The notes beneath the pieces were generated by a model. The model was not told where the DNA came from. It was given only the letters and a program-made list of their open reading frames with translations, and did not search any database. Positions 40,652 through 50,845 of a stretch of 64,000 nucleotides of DNA are shown piece after piece (positions within the stretch are counted from its first letter, which is position 1; each line of letters opens with the position of its first letter). The position numbers and the translations under genes are program-made. The stretch covers positions 63,364,001 through 63,428,000 of the forward strand of contig OZ024746.1 in NCBI GenBank assembly GCA_964016885.1, written 5' to 3'. The DNA is from Eledone cirrhosa (taxonomy: Eukaryota).

Positions 40652-40812
40652 CTGTATTTCCCGACGTCGAAGACGCTACTTATTTCCTAAAATAAGTCTC
40701 AAAAATGCGCCCTGGAGGCTGAAGGTTGTTTATTATTTTTTTTCAAATTTTTGGTTGTCAAAATTAGGGTGCATCCTCGAGGATGAATCATCTGTGGTAC
40801 CAGGAAATATGG
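40652..40812. mobile_element. pogo/Tc1-mariner-like MITE nested in a P2 MITE
   Basis: TA-CTGTATTTCC ... GGAAATATGG-TA; interrupts the P2 sequence at ggaacaTA. Confidence 0.7.
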
Positions 40813-41066
40813 TAATAAAAGTTTTTACATAAATTTATGATGGAAGTCTTTTAGGTATATATTCACACTTATAAACAACTTGATTTGTATCATAGAACCA
40901 GGGGATGTTTGGAATCGAGAGGGTTAAATCAATGTATAACAAATTACAAGCATAAAAGAAAAGAAATAACCAGTGAATCTTTAACAAATAATTGAATACT
41001 TCAACAGTCAAACTTCTGGGTCTCCTGTCATTGTATTATTTATTTAGGTGTAGAGATACATACATT

Positions 41067-41246
41067 AGTGAATTGGCAGTATCGGTAGAGGGTCGCTTAT
41101 GCTTTCCAGCATAGTTACGTTCCTTTACGATCTGAGTTCAAATCCCGCCGAGGTTGACTTTGCCTTTCAACCTTACGGGGTCGATAAAATAAAGTACCAG
41201 TAATGCACTGGGTAATTGCTGGCCTTGTGCCTAAAGTAGAAACAAT
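41067..41246 (+). mobile_element. SINE family B (other copies about 12484-12682, 20415-20545, 21905-22075 -, 36761-36867, 58625-58830, 59725-59925 -, 60813-61004)
   Basis: TGGCAGTATCGG A-box-like, GAGTTCAAATCC B box, central GACTTTGCCTTTCATCCTTACGGGGTCGATAAAATAAAGTACCAG, tail GCTGGCCTTGTGCCTAAAGTAGAAAC. Confidence 0.85.
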
Positions 41247-42134
41247 TTAGCTTATACCTAGAAATACACACACAAAACACACAATCTATCATATGTTAAA
41301 AGAAACTAAATTTGTATCTACTTGTTACTAATTAAAAAATCACAGATCAGATTTTTTAATTAGTAACATTCGCAAATATATTTTGGATATCTATGCATGT
41401 ATACATGTGTGCGTGTAGTAGTAGTTATTGTCCTGGTGTTGCAATTTTTATTGAAATTATATCAGAACTTTTTCCATTTATATCTTTTCTCATTTAATAT
41501 TCTATTTCCTGAGAGTATTCTAGAGCCACATATGACAACTAATTTTTTTTATTTTATATTACGAAGATAAAACATGCTTGCGCTGTAAAAACCTTTATGT
41601 GGGCCGCAGGTGTGCTTGTAAAGGGCCATATGTTTGACATGCCTGGTCTAGAGCATGTAAGTTGTCAAGCATAATATTACTACCTTAAATAATAATAATA
41701 AAATAATTGTTTCTACTTTTGGCACAAGGCCAGCAATTACTCAGTGTATTACTGGTACTCTGGGTAATCCTTACAGGGTTGATAAAATAAAGTACCAGTA
41801 ATGCACTGGGATATGCTGGCCTTGTTTCAAAAGTAGAAACAATTATTTTACATCACGTTATTAAAATAAGTTGCATTACTTTGAATAAATCATGAATGAA
41901 ATAATCCTATATATAATATATTGCTTATTTCAAAATTCAGTTCTGTTAAAACTTTCAAATGTCAACTTCTGTTAGCATTCATATCATCTCAATGGTTGGC
42001 AACAGACACACAATGGCAAAGAGAGAGGAGGGCAAATCAATCAAACAATAATTGCTCTACAACATCCCAACAAATTTCTACAAATGTAGTCTTCATTATC
42101 GTCTTTTTTAAATGTATCATGGATTACTTTACTG

Positions 42135-42426
42135 ATGTTGGTCCCACAACATCCAGGCCGAAACAAATGAGGTCGTGTAGGTGTCACGACAAAAAAACAC
42201 ACAGTCCACGCTGTAAATGTGGCCGTGTAGGCAACACGGTAAAAACCTCCCAGCCCCACACTGTAAACTTGGTTGGTGTTAGGAAGGGCATCCAACTGTA
42301 GAAAACCCGCCAGACAGTCCTATGCGAGCAAGACAACCACTCTTGCCTCAAGTGGGAAAACCCCTGTCCAAACCCATGCAAGCGTGGAACACGGACGCTA
42401 AACCTGATGATGATGATGATGATGAT
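42135..42426 (+). mobile_element. 5'-truncated RTE 3' UTR copy, nearly identical to the intact element (shorter copies 8937-9100 +, 13530-13663 -)
   Basis: Direct match to 48570-48970 minus the duplication; (GAT)n tail. Confidence 0.9.
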
Positions 42427-42665
42427 TACAGAAGAAAGTGTAACAATCTTTGTTCAATTTATGTGCATATTGTCAATTTACTTTTCAATTTACACATATC
42501 TATATGCATATATATATATTTGTGTATAATATCAATATGCACACTACTCATGCTAGCAGAAAACTGCCTGGAGTGTGGTACTTCTGCTAATAATAATAAT
42601 TGTTTAGAAATGAGATAATAGGTATAAATATGCTAGTTATTACAGTTAGAAATTATATATATATG

Positions 42666-43000
42666 GCTCAACTCAGTCATGAATGTCCATGGTTTTGCAC
42701 TTAGAAAGTTTCCCTCTCAGGCACAAGTCTGGGCAAGGTTTGTTTTATGGAAGACCAGTAGTCGCCCATGCATACCAGTCTCCCCTCTCCATGCCACCGA
42801 TGTTGTCCAAGGGAAAGGTAATGCCCGATACAGCTTGGCACCAGTGATGTCGCAATTCATTTCTACAGCTGAGTAAACTGGAGCAACGTGAAATAAAGTG
42901 TCTTGCTCAAGGACACTACATCACCTGGTCCAAGAATCGAACTCACAACCTCTCAAGGCATTGCAAGCCCAATGCTCTAACCACTAAGCCATGTGCCTTC
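42666..43000 (-). mobile_element. SINE family C: head and core as in family A, different 3' body (other copies about 60222-60536 +, 61584-61830 -)
   Basis: Shares gctctaaccactaagccatgtgcc and gaaataaagtgtcttgctcaagga with family A, then diverges. Confidence 0.8.
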
Positions 43001-44744
43001 ACTGTTAGAAATTACAACCATAATAAACTGGAAGCTAAGTGTATTAAAAAATGTAGACAGTAAAATCAAGAAACTACTGAGAACATACCAGAGCCACCAT
43101 CACAAAACATACCTGGTCCACACAAGGAGGACATTGCCTAATACATATAAAACCAGCATAATGTAAACATATAGAACCAGTATAATGTGACAGTTGTCAT
43201 ATAGAACCAGCACAATGTGACAGCTGACCACAATAACTTTGGCTATCTAGTCCTTGACTTTGCCAAGTCTGAATATATACATAGATATGATTGAGTTGGC
43301 AGTTATATCCACTGGGAAATATGTCAACACTGATGTGAAAACAAACAGGAAGTCATATAAACTTGCACTACTCGTGGTACACGAAAAACAACCTGGCCAC
43401 AACCCTACCGCTAACCCTAGAGAGAGAAAATTAATCCCAGTACTTGACTTATTTTATTTAGTGACCATAGAAAAGTGAAAAGCAAAAATTGACCTTAGTG
43501 GTGATTTGAACTAAAGAGTGCAGAGAACCAGAACAAATACTACACGGTATTCTATTCCACATTCTGTGTTATACTAGTCACATTTATTACTCAACGTACA
43601 CTTGAATACCTCTCATCCTCTTCCATACACAAGGATACAACTGCAATATTTAGAACTGTATAGAAGTAATAACTAGTTTATAACTTTCTGTGTAAATAAA
43701 TGCATCAACATCTCTATACTAAAACCTTTCATCTTTTTGTTTAAATTTTTATCTTTATCCAAAGATCAAAAGCCAAAATTTCAAGTTGTTCCCAAAAAGT
43801 GCAAGAAAATCCTAACACCAGTCATTAAATTAAATCATATCTATCTGATGATTAGGTTAATTAAAAAATCAATTCATTTAGACAATTTACATGCTATCAC
43901 CATAGTTTCTTGTGAAGGTTTTCAATTATAGAATCGATATTTAGTTTTTATTCAATATCAAGTATTTTATTGTCCCATAACAGATATTTCAGTGAATGTT
44001 TAATAAAACAATAACAAAAGTTAATTAGTTCAATAAGAAGTATGTTAGAGTGGTTTTCAAGTATAAAATTATGATTGTGTGTTAGAAAGGGCATCCAGCT
44101 GTAGATACCAAGCCAAAACAAAGCATACGAACAGGACCTAATCACCTGACTGATCTGGCCTCAGCATGTGACAGCTGTCTAACCCATGTAAACATCGAAA
44201 ATACACATTAAACAGTGATGATGATTATGTGTATATAAATAAAAAGTAAATAACCCTCCATAGATTAAATAAACAAAATAGTCAACTTGTTAAGTTAAGA
44301 TGTAAGTGACTGAGTGTTTCACAGATACATGTATCCTTAATGTAATTCTCAGGGATTCAGCATGACACAGGTTTTGGCAAGACTGGTAACTTCCATCTGA
44401 TGGGTTTCAAAACAGTTTCTGTTTACCCAGTTTTAATCACAAAGCTTAGTTTAACTCTAGGCTAAAGTAAAAGCTATTTACCCAAGACATTATTCAATGG
44501 GATCAAACTCATAAAGTCATGATTGTGAAATGAATTTCTAAAACATTTGGTTATGCAACCTTCTATATACAAGCCAACATAAGGATTGAACACTCAACAC
44601 CCACATTTTTATCCTGATGTTTTAACCATCAGAACTATTGTATCTCTTGCATATGTGTACAACAGTTGCTCAATCTTATATAATGTGAGCAGTTCTTTTG
44701 TGAAGGGTGTTTTGTTTAGAGCCATTAATTGTTCAGGGTGTGGT

Positions 44745-44932
44745 AATTACTGGATTTGAAAAGAAACCTTGCCTTTGATGTACATGATGACTACTCTGAA
44801 GTATATGGTAGTTATGGGTATGGCTTGAGGAATGATGATGGATCAAGACTCCTAGAGTTCTGTGACCTAAACATTTGCAACATTAACCTCAGGTATCCAT
44901 CAAGCCACTTAACCACCTGCTAGTCTGGTGAG
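44745..44932 (+). pseudogene. Old RTE endonuclease relic
   Basis: Translates DDYSEVYGSYGYGLRNDDGSRLLEFCD..ICNIN...HLTTC*SGE, aligning with DGYDGIHGGYGFGTRNEEGSRILEFCD...HLITYRSGE of the intact ORF. Confidence 0.85.
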
Positions 44933-44999
44933 CCATTAACCTCAGGAATTCATCCTGCCACTTGACCACAGGAATCTTTCTGGTCACTTGACCACCAGC

Positions 45000-47900
45000 T
45001 ATTCCCCTACCACCGCATTTTCTCTATCGTAATTTCTTAAACAAAACAAATCTTGTATTTTCGTTTATTGTTAAATCATGCCCAAAATACGGCGATCTTA
45101 TCTTAATCCTTACATTCTCGCTAACAACCCATCATCCCCCCTCCCGCCCCCACGCACCACCATTCTTACGTGGACCAATCATAAGTCAGAGGCCCATACT
45201 ATCGCTTAACTGGTTGCTTTTCGATATGATGGATGGACTACGGAATTCTGGAGAGTTGAAGAGAGAAAAATGTGGACGCTCAGCGACAATGCCAAAGATA
45301 AAGCCAAATTCACCTCGTGGACGAGAATGCAAGCACTCCTCCTTGTTTCGGCCCAGGATGGCTAACATAACCCCATCCCCCCCCGCGCCCCACCGCTCCC
45401 ACCCTCCAAACGCAATCCAAAACTTCAGAGTTGGTACCATGAATGTAGGCACCTTAAAGGGTCGCTCGAACGAGGTTGTAGAAATGCTTGAACGTAAGGA
45501 GGTCGATGTTTGTTGTATTCAAGAGACCAGGTGGAGGGGAGGGTCGGCTAGATTCATCGTGGGTAAAGAGCGATGCTATAAGCTTTTCTGGGTGGGAAAT
45601 GACAATGGGTTGGGTGGGGTAGGAATCATGGTAGCAGAAAAGTGGGCAGATAAGATAATAGACGTAAATAGAGTGAACGACAGAATAATTAAAATAAGAC
45701 TTGTCCTCAATAAAACTACGGTGACAGTAATATCTGCGTACGCACCCCAATCCGGACAGCCCCGCGCTATAAAAGACAGATTCTACGAGACACTGATGCT
45801 CGCTACCTCCCAAATAACCGACAGTGACTATATAGTTATTGCAGGCGACCTAAATGGTCACGTTGGACAACATTGTGACGGCTATGACGGAATCCATGGA
45901 GGCTATGGGTTCGGTACTAGAAATGAGGAAGGCTCCAGAATCCTGGAATTCTGCGACGCAAATAACTTAACTATCTGTAACACTAACTTCAAAAAACGAG
46001 ACAATCACTTGATCACCTATAGGTCGGGGGAACACACAAGCCAGGTAGATTATATCCTTACCAGAAGACGTGACAGAGTGTCTGTTGTTAACACTAAATC
46101 CCACCCCCATGAAGAATTCACCTCCCAACATAGACTGATAATTAGCGACCTCATAGTCAGGACGAGACGTACTAGACAGCGAAAGAGGACTATCCTCAGG
46201 AGAAAAATATGGAAGCTAAAGGACCCCATAGCCAGAAATAAATTTCAAAGCAAATTACTTGACGCTTTCGACAGTAAGGAAGAGCAATTAGAGTCGTATA
46301 ATATAGAGGAACAGTGGGAATTCCTGAGAGCAAACCTGCTGACGGCGGCAGACGAAGTCTGTGGCTGGAGCAGGCCTGTAGGTAGGAGGAGAGTAACATG
46401 GTGGTGGAACAGTAAGGTGGAGGAGTCAATTAAGGCCAAAAAGCAGGCTTGGAAAGTATGGCGGGATGGGGGAAGTAGAGAAGACTATCAAGTGGCCAGG
46501 AGGGAAGCTAGGAGACAAGTGTACTTCGCAAGAAGGGAAGCAGAGGAAAGAAAGTTCAAGCATGTTCTACAACGTGAGGACCAAAAACGTGAGGTGTTCA
46601 GGATTGCCAGGCAATGTGTCAAGGAAAACCGTGATATTGTCGGGGAGAAGTGTGTACTTAACGATGATGGCATACTTGCCATCACCGACGCTGATAAGAA
46701 GGTAGCTTGGAAGTGTCACTACGAAAGGCTTCTAAATGAGGAGAACAAATGGGAGAAAGATAGTCTCCCCCAGATCGATCCAATAGAGGGACCAGCAGTG
46801 TTAGTTGAAGGTAGTATAATAAGTAAGGCAATCAAAGATATGAAGACGGGTAAGGCGGCTGGGCCTTCGGAAATAGTTGCTGAGATGCTGAAGGCATCTG
46901 GTTCGGTGGGACACACCATGGTCACCCGGATAGTTAACCAAGTCGTACAGAATGGGGTTGTTCCGAAGGAATGGCGTAGCAGCATCATCGTTAACTGCTA
47001 TAAGGGAAAAGGAGATGCCCTAGATAGGAGTAACTATAGAGGCATTAAATTAATCGACCAGGTCATGAAGGTCACGGAAAAAGTAATAGCGCAACTAATC
47101 AGAGAGAGAATTGATCTAGATGAAATGCAGTTCGGGTTTGTGTCAGGCAAAAGTACCACAGACGCTCTTTTCATTGTACGACAACTACAGGAGAAGTACC
47201 TAGCTAAAAGTAAACCCCTATACTTAGCTTTTGTCGACTTGGAGAAAGCCTTCGACAGAGTCCCCCGTTCCATTATCTGGTGGTCTCTTAGAAAACTAGG
47301 TGTTGACGAATGGCTTGTGAGAGCTATACAAGCCATGTATAAAGAAACAGTCAGTAAGGTTAGAATTAACAACGAATATAGTGAAGAGTTTAGCGTAAAA
47401 GTTGGTGTCCATCAGGGCTCTGTACTTAGCCCCCTACTATTTATTATTGCCCTTCAGGCTATAACAGAGGAGTTCAAGACCGGCTGCCCATGGGAACTCC
47501 TATACGCAGATGATCTAACGCTCATAGCTGAATCAATGACCGAACTAGAGAAGAAATTCCAAACGTGGAAGCACGGCCTAGAATCAAAAGGCCTTAAAAT
47601 TAACCTGGCTAAGACTAAAGTTCTAGTTTGTAGGAAAGAAAATAAGGCGGCGGTCCCATCGGGGAAATGGCCATGCTCAGTGTGTAGGAAAGGCGTAGGT
47701 AGAAACTCCATTTTATGTCCCAAATGCAAAGTATGGGTGCATAAAAGATGTAGTGGGATCACAGGTAAGCTAACTAAGAACATAGATTTTACATGTGGCC
47801 GGTGCTCTGGTGCAATAAGTAGCAGCAAGTGCCCACAAAATACTAGCTCCTTCAACTGCGCAGAGGGTTCTATAGAAATAGTGGATAGCTTCCGTTATCT

Positions 47901-48972
47901 GGGTGACAAAATCAGCAGTGGGGGAGGGTGCTCTGAAAGTACAGTAGCTAGAGTCAGAACTGGATGGAAAAAGTTCAGAGAGCTTATACCACTATTAGCC
48001 GCTAGAGGGTTCTCCCTAAAAATGAAAGGCAGGTTATACGATGCCTGCATACGAACAGCAATGCTGCATGGCAGTGAGACCTGGGCATTGTGTGCAGAGG
48101 ATATACGCAGACTAGAGAGGAACGAAGCTTGCATGCTCCGCTGGATGTGCAATAGTAATATACGTGAACGGCAAAGCATAAACGAACTAAGGAAAAAATT
48201 AGAAATAAGAGGGATCAGATGTTGTTTACTCGAGAGAAGGCTACGTTGGTACGGTCACGTGATGCGCATGAAAGACGACAGCTGTATAACAAAGTGCAGG
48301 GCAATAAAGATAGACGGTAGCCACGGAGTAGGCAGACCCAGAAAAACATGGGACGAGCTGATAATTTCCGACCTCACACGCTTACACCTCTCCAAGACAA
48401 TGTCACTGGACCGAGACCTTTGGCGGTACTCAGTAATAGAGAAGACCCGCCTTACCTAAATACAAAGTAAAAACCTACTACAGTCAGTAGGCACCTCTAT
48501 CAAAACACACCCCCGTCCCACCACCTCCACCTCCACCCCACCCACACCGCCCCTTTCAATGTAAAGTTATGTTGGCCCCACAACATCCAGGCCGAAACAA
48601 ATGAGATCGTGTAGGTGTCACGACAAAAAACACACAGTCCACGCTGTAAATGTGGCCGTGTAGGCAACACGGTAAAAACCTCCCAGCCCCACACTGTAAA
48701 AGTGGTTGGTGTTAGGAAGGGCATCCAGCTGTAGAAAACCCGCCAGACAGTCCACGCTGTAATGTGGCCGTGTAGGCAACACGGTAAAAACCTCCCAGCC
48801 CCACACTGTAAATGTGGTTGGTGTTAGGAAGGGCATCCAACTGTAGAAAACCCGCCAGACAGTCCTATGCGAGCAAGACAACCACTCTTGCCTCAAGTGG
48901 GAAAACCCCCGTCCAAACCCATGCAAGCGTGGAACACGGACGCTAAACCTGATGATGATGATGATGATGATG
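45000..48972 (+). mobile_element. Near full-length RTE-clade LINE retrotransposon (5' boundary approximate)
   Basis: Single uninterrupted APE-RT ORF, about 500-nt 3' UTR ending in (GAT)7, higher GC and CpG content than the flanks. No target-site duplication found by eye. Confidence 0.93.
45214..48459 (+). CDS. RTE ORF: AP-like endonuclease + reverse transcriptase with embedded PHD finger + C-terminal region
   Basis: APE motifs GTMNV, IQETRW, SAYAP, GDLNGH, VDYIL, SQHR; RT motifs NYRGI, QFGF, FVDLEKAFD, GVHQGSVLSPLLF, YADD (47503-47514), FRYLG; RTE C-terminal RRLRWYGHVMR and GRPRKTW. First in-frame ATG is at 45226. Confidence 0.96.
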   Translation: MLFDMMDGLRNSGELKREKCGRSATMPKIKPNSPRGRECKHSSLFRPRMANITPSPPAPHRSHPPNAIQNFRVGTMNVGTLKGRSNEVVEMLERKEVDVCCIQETRWRGGSARFIVGKERCYKLFWVGNDNGLGGVGIMVAEKWADKIIDVNRVNDRIIKIRLVLNKTTVTVISAYAPQSGQPRAIKDRFYETLMLATSQITDSDYIVIAGDLNGHVGQHCDGYDGIHGGYGFGTRNEEGSRILEFCDANNLTICNTNFKKRDNHLITYRSGEHTSQVDYILTRRRDRVSVVNTKSHPHEEFTSQHRLIISDLIVRTRRTRQRKRTILRRKIWKLKDPIARNKFQSKLLDAFDSKEEQLESYNIEEQWEFLRANLLTAADEVCGWSRPVGRRRVTWWWNSKVEESIKAKKQAWKVWRDGGSREDYQVARREARRQVYFARREAEERKFKHVLQREDQKREVFRIARQCVKENRDIVGEKCVLNDDGILAITDADKKVAWKCHYERLLNEENKWEKDSLPQIDPIEGPAVLVEGSIISKAIKDMKTGKAAGPSEIVAEMLKASGSVGHTMVTRIVNQVVQNGVVPKEWRSSIIVNCYKGKGDALDRSNYRGIKLIDQVMKVTEKVIAQLIRERIDLDEMQFGFVSGKSTTDALFIVRQLQEKYLAKSKPLYLAFVDLEKAFDRVPRSIIWWSLRKLGVDEWLVRAIQAMYKETVSKVRINNEYSEEFSVKVGVHQGSVLSPLLFIIALQAITEEFKTGCPWELLYADDLTLIAESMTELEKKFQTWKHGLESKGLKINLAKTKVLVCRKENKAAVPSGKWPCSVCRKGVGRNSILCPKCKVWVHKRCSGITGKLTKNIDFTCGRCSGAISSSKCPQNTSSFNCAEGSIEIVDSFRYLGDKISSGGGCSESTVARVRTGWKKFRELIPLLAARGFSLKMKGRLYDACIRTAMLHGSETWALCAEDIRRLERNEACMLRWMCNSNIRERQSINELRKKLEIRGIRCCLLERRLRWYGHVMRMKDDSCITKCRAIKIDGSHGVGRPRKTWDELIISDLTRLHLSKTMSLDRDLWRYSVIEKTRLT

Positions 48973-49824
48973 TATGTAACTTGCTCTCCCCCACTTTATC
49001 TATCTATCTCTGCCCCAACTCTCTCTGCTATGTTGTGCTGTGAGAAAGATCAAGGGAAATCACTTAGAGTATCTTATTCTCCAGAAATGGAGAAGGAGTT
49101 AGTGTAGGTGGAGTTAGCTATTTGGAAGGATGATGTGCAGCACTCTACAGAAACTACAGAATCGAAATAATAAAAAATATAAGACTGGCAATATGGTTTC
49201 TTAGAAATGGTTATGATTTAAATTACTTCATATAATTGCTATTAATTAGATAGACACGAGGTTTTACAATCAGGCTATAATTCTTGAAGCAATATTTGTT
49301 TTGTTTTTCAATTTATTTTAGAATGATTTTCTCAGAAGCTGGAACTTGTGGGACAATGGCGTAATCTGATTTCATATCGACAATATAAAAACAAAAGTGG
49401 AATTGAAATATATTATGTAGTAATGATGGATAGAGATGTTCTGAATGTGGTGCAGTAGTTGATGGAAAGATTCCTCAGAAGCTCCTGGGCAGATCTTTCA
49501 TTTAATTTCTATGGTGGTAATGGACTGAGGTTACTACCACCAATTCCACACTCCCCTCCTGAACTAAAAAAACTGTTAATTTAAACAACTGATAAGAGTG
49601 TCAAATCTAAATCTAAGACTTATAATTTAGGCTTTAGCTTTCACATCCTCACATCCTTGGACTACTTTACCAACCTGTCTGCCTTACGCCGTATTACAAC
49701 TAAGAAATACATCGTATGCAATTTTTTTTAAAAATCAGGTGTAGTAGTCAAGAAACGAAACTTATAAGTTTAATAGTAAAAGTTATTTCCCTTGATGTAT
49801 TTTCTGGCAATGGCGTCTACTATA

Positions 49825-49892
49825 CAGGGTGAGTCATAAGTAACCGGACAGTCGAAGCATTTTTATTACAAGTTTCACAGAGTTTCACCCTG
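49825..49892. mobile_element. Tiny mariner-like deletion derivative
   Basis: TA-CAGGGTGA ... TCACCCTG-TA. Confidence 0.5.
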
Positions 49893-50084
49893 TATTTTAG
49901 TATAGTTAGAAACTTGTCTTATTTTGTCCCAGTAACAAACTAGAGAAATAACACTGAAATACCAACTCTTGTTAGTCATTGTGGCCTGAGAAAGGATTAA
50001 CTATTGCAGGTGCAATGACAAAATTCTAGTTACGAGATCCCTTGATCTCAACATCTATTGTATGTATGTATGAACGGATAAATT

Positions 50085-50845
50085 CATGGTGGAGTCATAA
50101 GAGCATAGTCGTGTCAAAGGACATTTCTGGGGCATTTTTTAAAACCCAGCCCTTGACTTTACTTCCACCATCTCCTCGTTCTCTGTTAATTTCCTCTTCG
50201 ACATATCTGTTACTACTGACCACCGAAACTTCTCTCTTTCCCTCTAATTCTGTTTTATACAAGCTCATTAGCTCCCACTCTGACCTCAACTTTGCTTCCT
50301 CACATTCCAACAACTATAAATTTTCCATTCCTTACTCACAACCCCTGTTGCTTTGCTGCATTTGCAGCAATGATCAGGATTTTGAGACCCAGTTATTCCT
50401 AATGGTCCAACATTTTGTGTTGCATGGCTACCCACCCAGAATCGTTTACAATGCTGCCTGCAACACTGATCATACTTCAGCCTTCTCACCTCACATTCAC
50501 CCCACCCATGACCCCTTATTCTTCTCTCTCACCTTCCATCCTAACACCTTACCTCTTCAACAGTACATTCTATGTCCTTTCTGTTTCCTTTGTTTAGATC
50601 ATGGCACCTCCACCATATTCCATGCACCTCCCCACTCCTCCTTTAAACAAGACCCCAACTTGTGGGATTTCTTAGTCCATAGCTCTTTTGCTCCTCCTTA
50701 TACCAAACCTGGATCCTACTTGTTCCGGAACCCATTGTAATACCTGTCCATATATCCTCAACACTAACACCTTCCTTGGACAAAACCAATACTCTTCTTA
50801 TCACTGACCACTTCACTTGCACCACTAGAAATGTCATCTGTCGTG
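50085..50845 (+). pseudogene. Penelope-like element relic (RT thumb, linker, start of GIY-YIG)
   Basis: YKLISSHSDLNFASSH..KFSIPYSQ..CICSNDQDF...HGYP, LTFHP, SFKQDPNLWDFLVHSS, then frameshifted CNTCPYI and TDHFTCTTRNVI: degenerate PLE motifs. Confidence 0.8.

Noticed and set aside
45114-45370. HDV-like ribozyme in the RTE 5' region (P1 ATTCTCG/CGAGAAT, P3 TTC-ACCTCGT-GGA, downstream GGCTAA)
   Set aside because: RTE 5' ends can carry HDV-like ribozymes, but here L3 starts with A, P1.1 has only one pair and no P2 partner follows GGCTAA. It is not supportable without a covariance search.
45186-48179. Many short minus-strand ORFs inside the LINE
   Set aside because: Antisense shadows of the RTE ORF.
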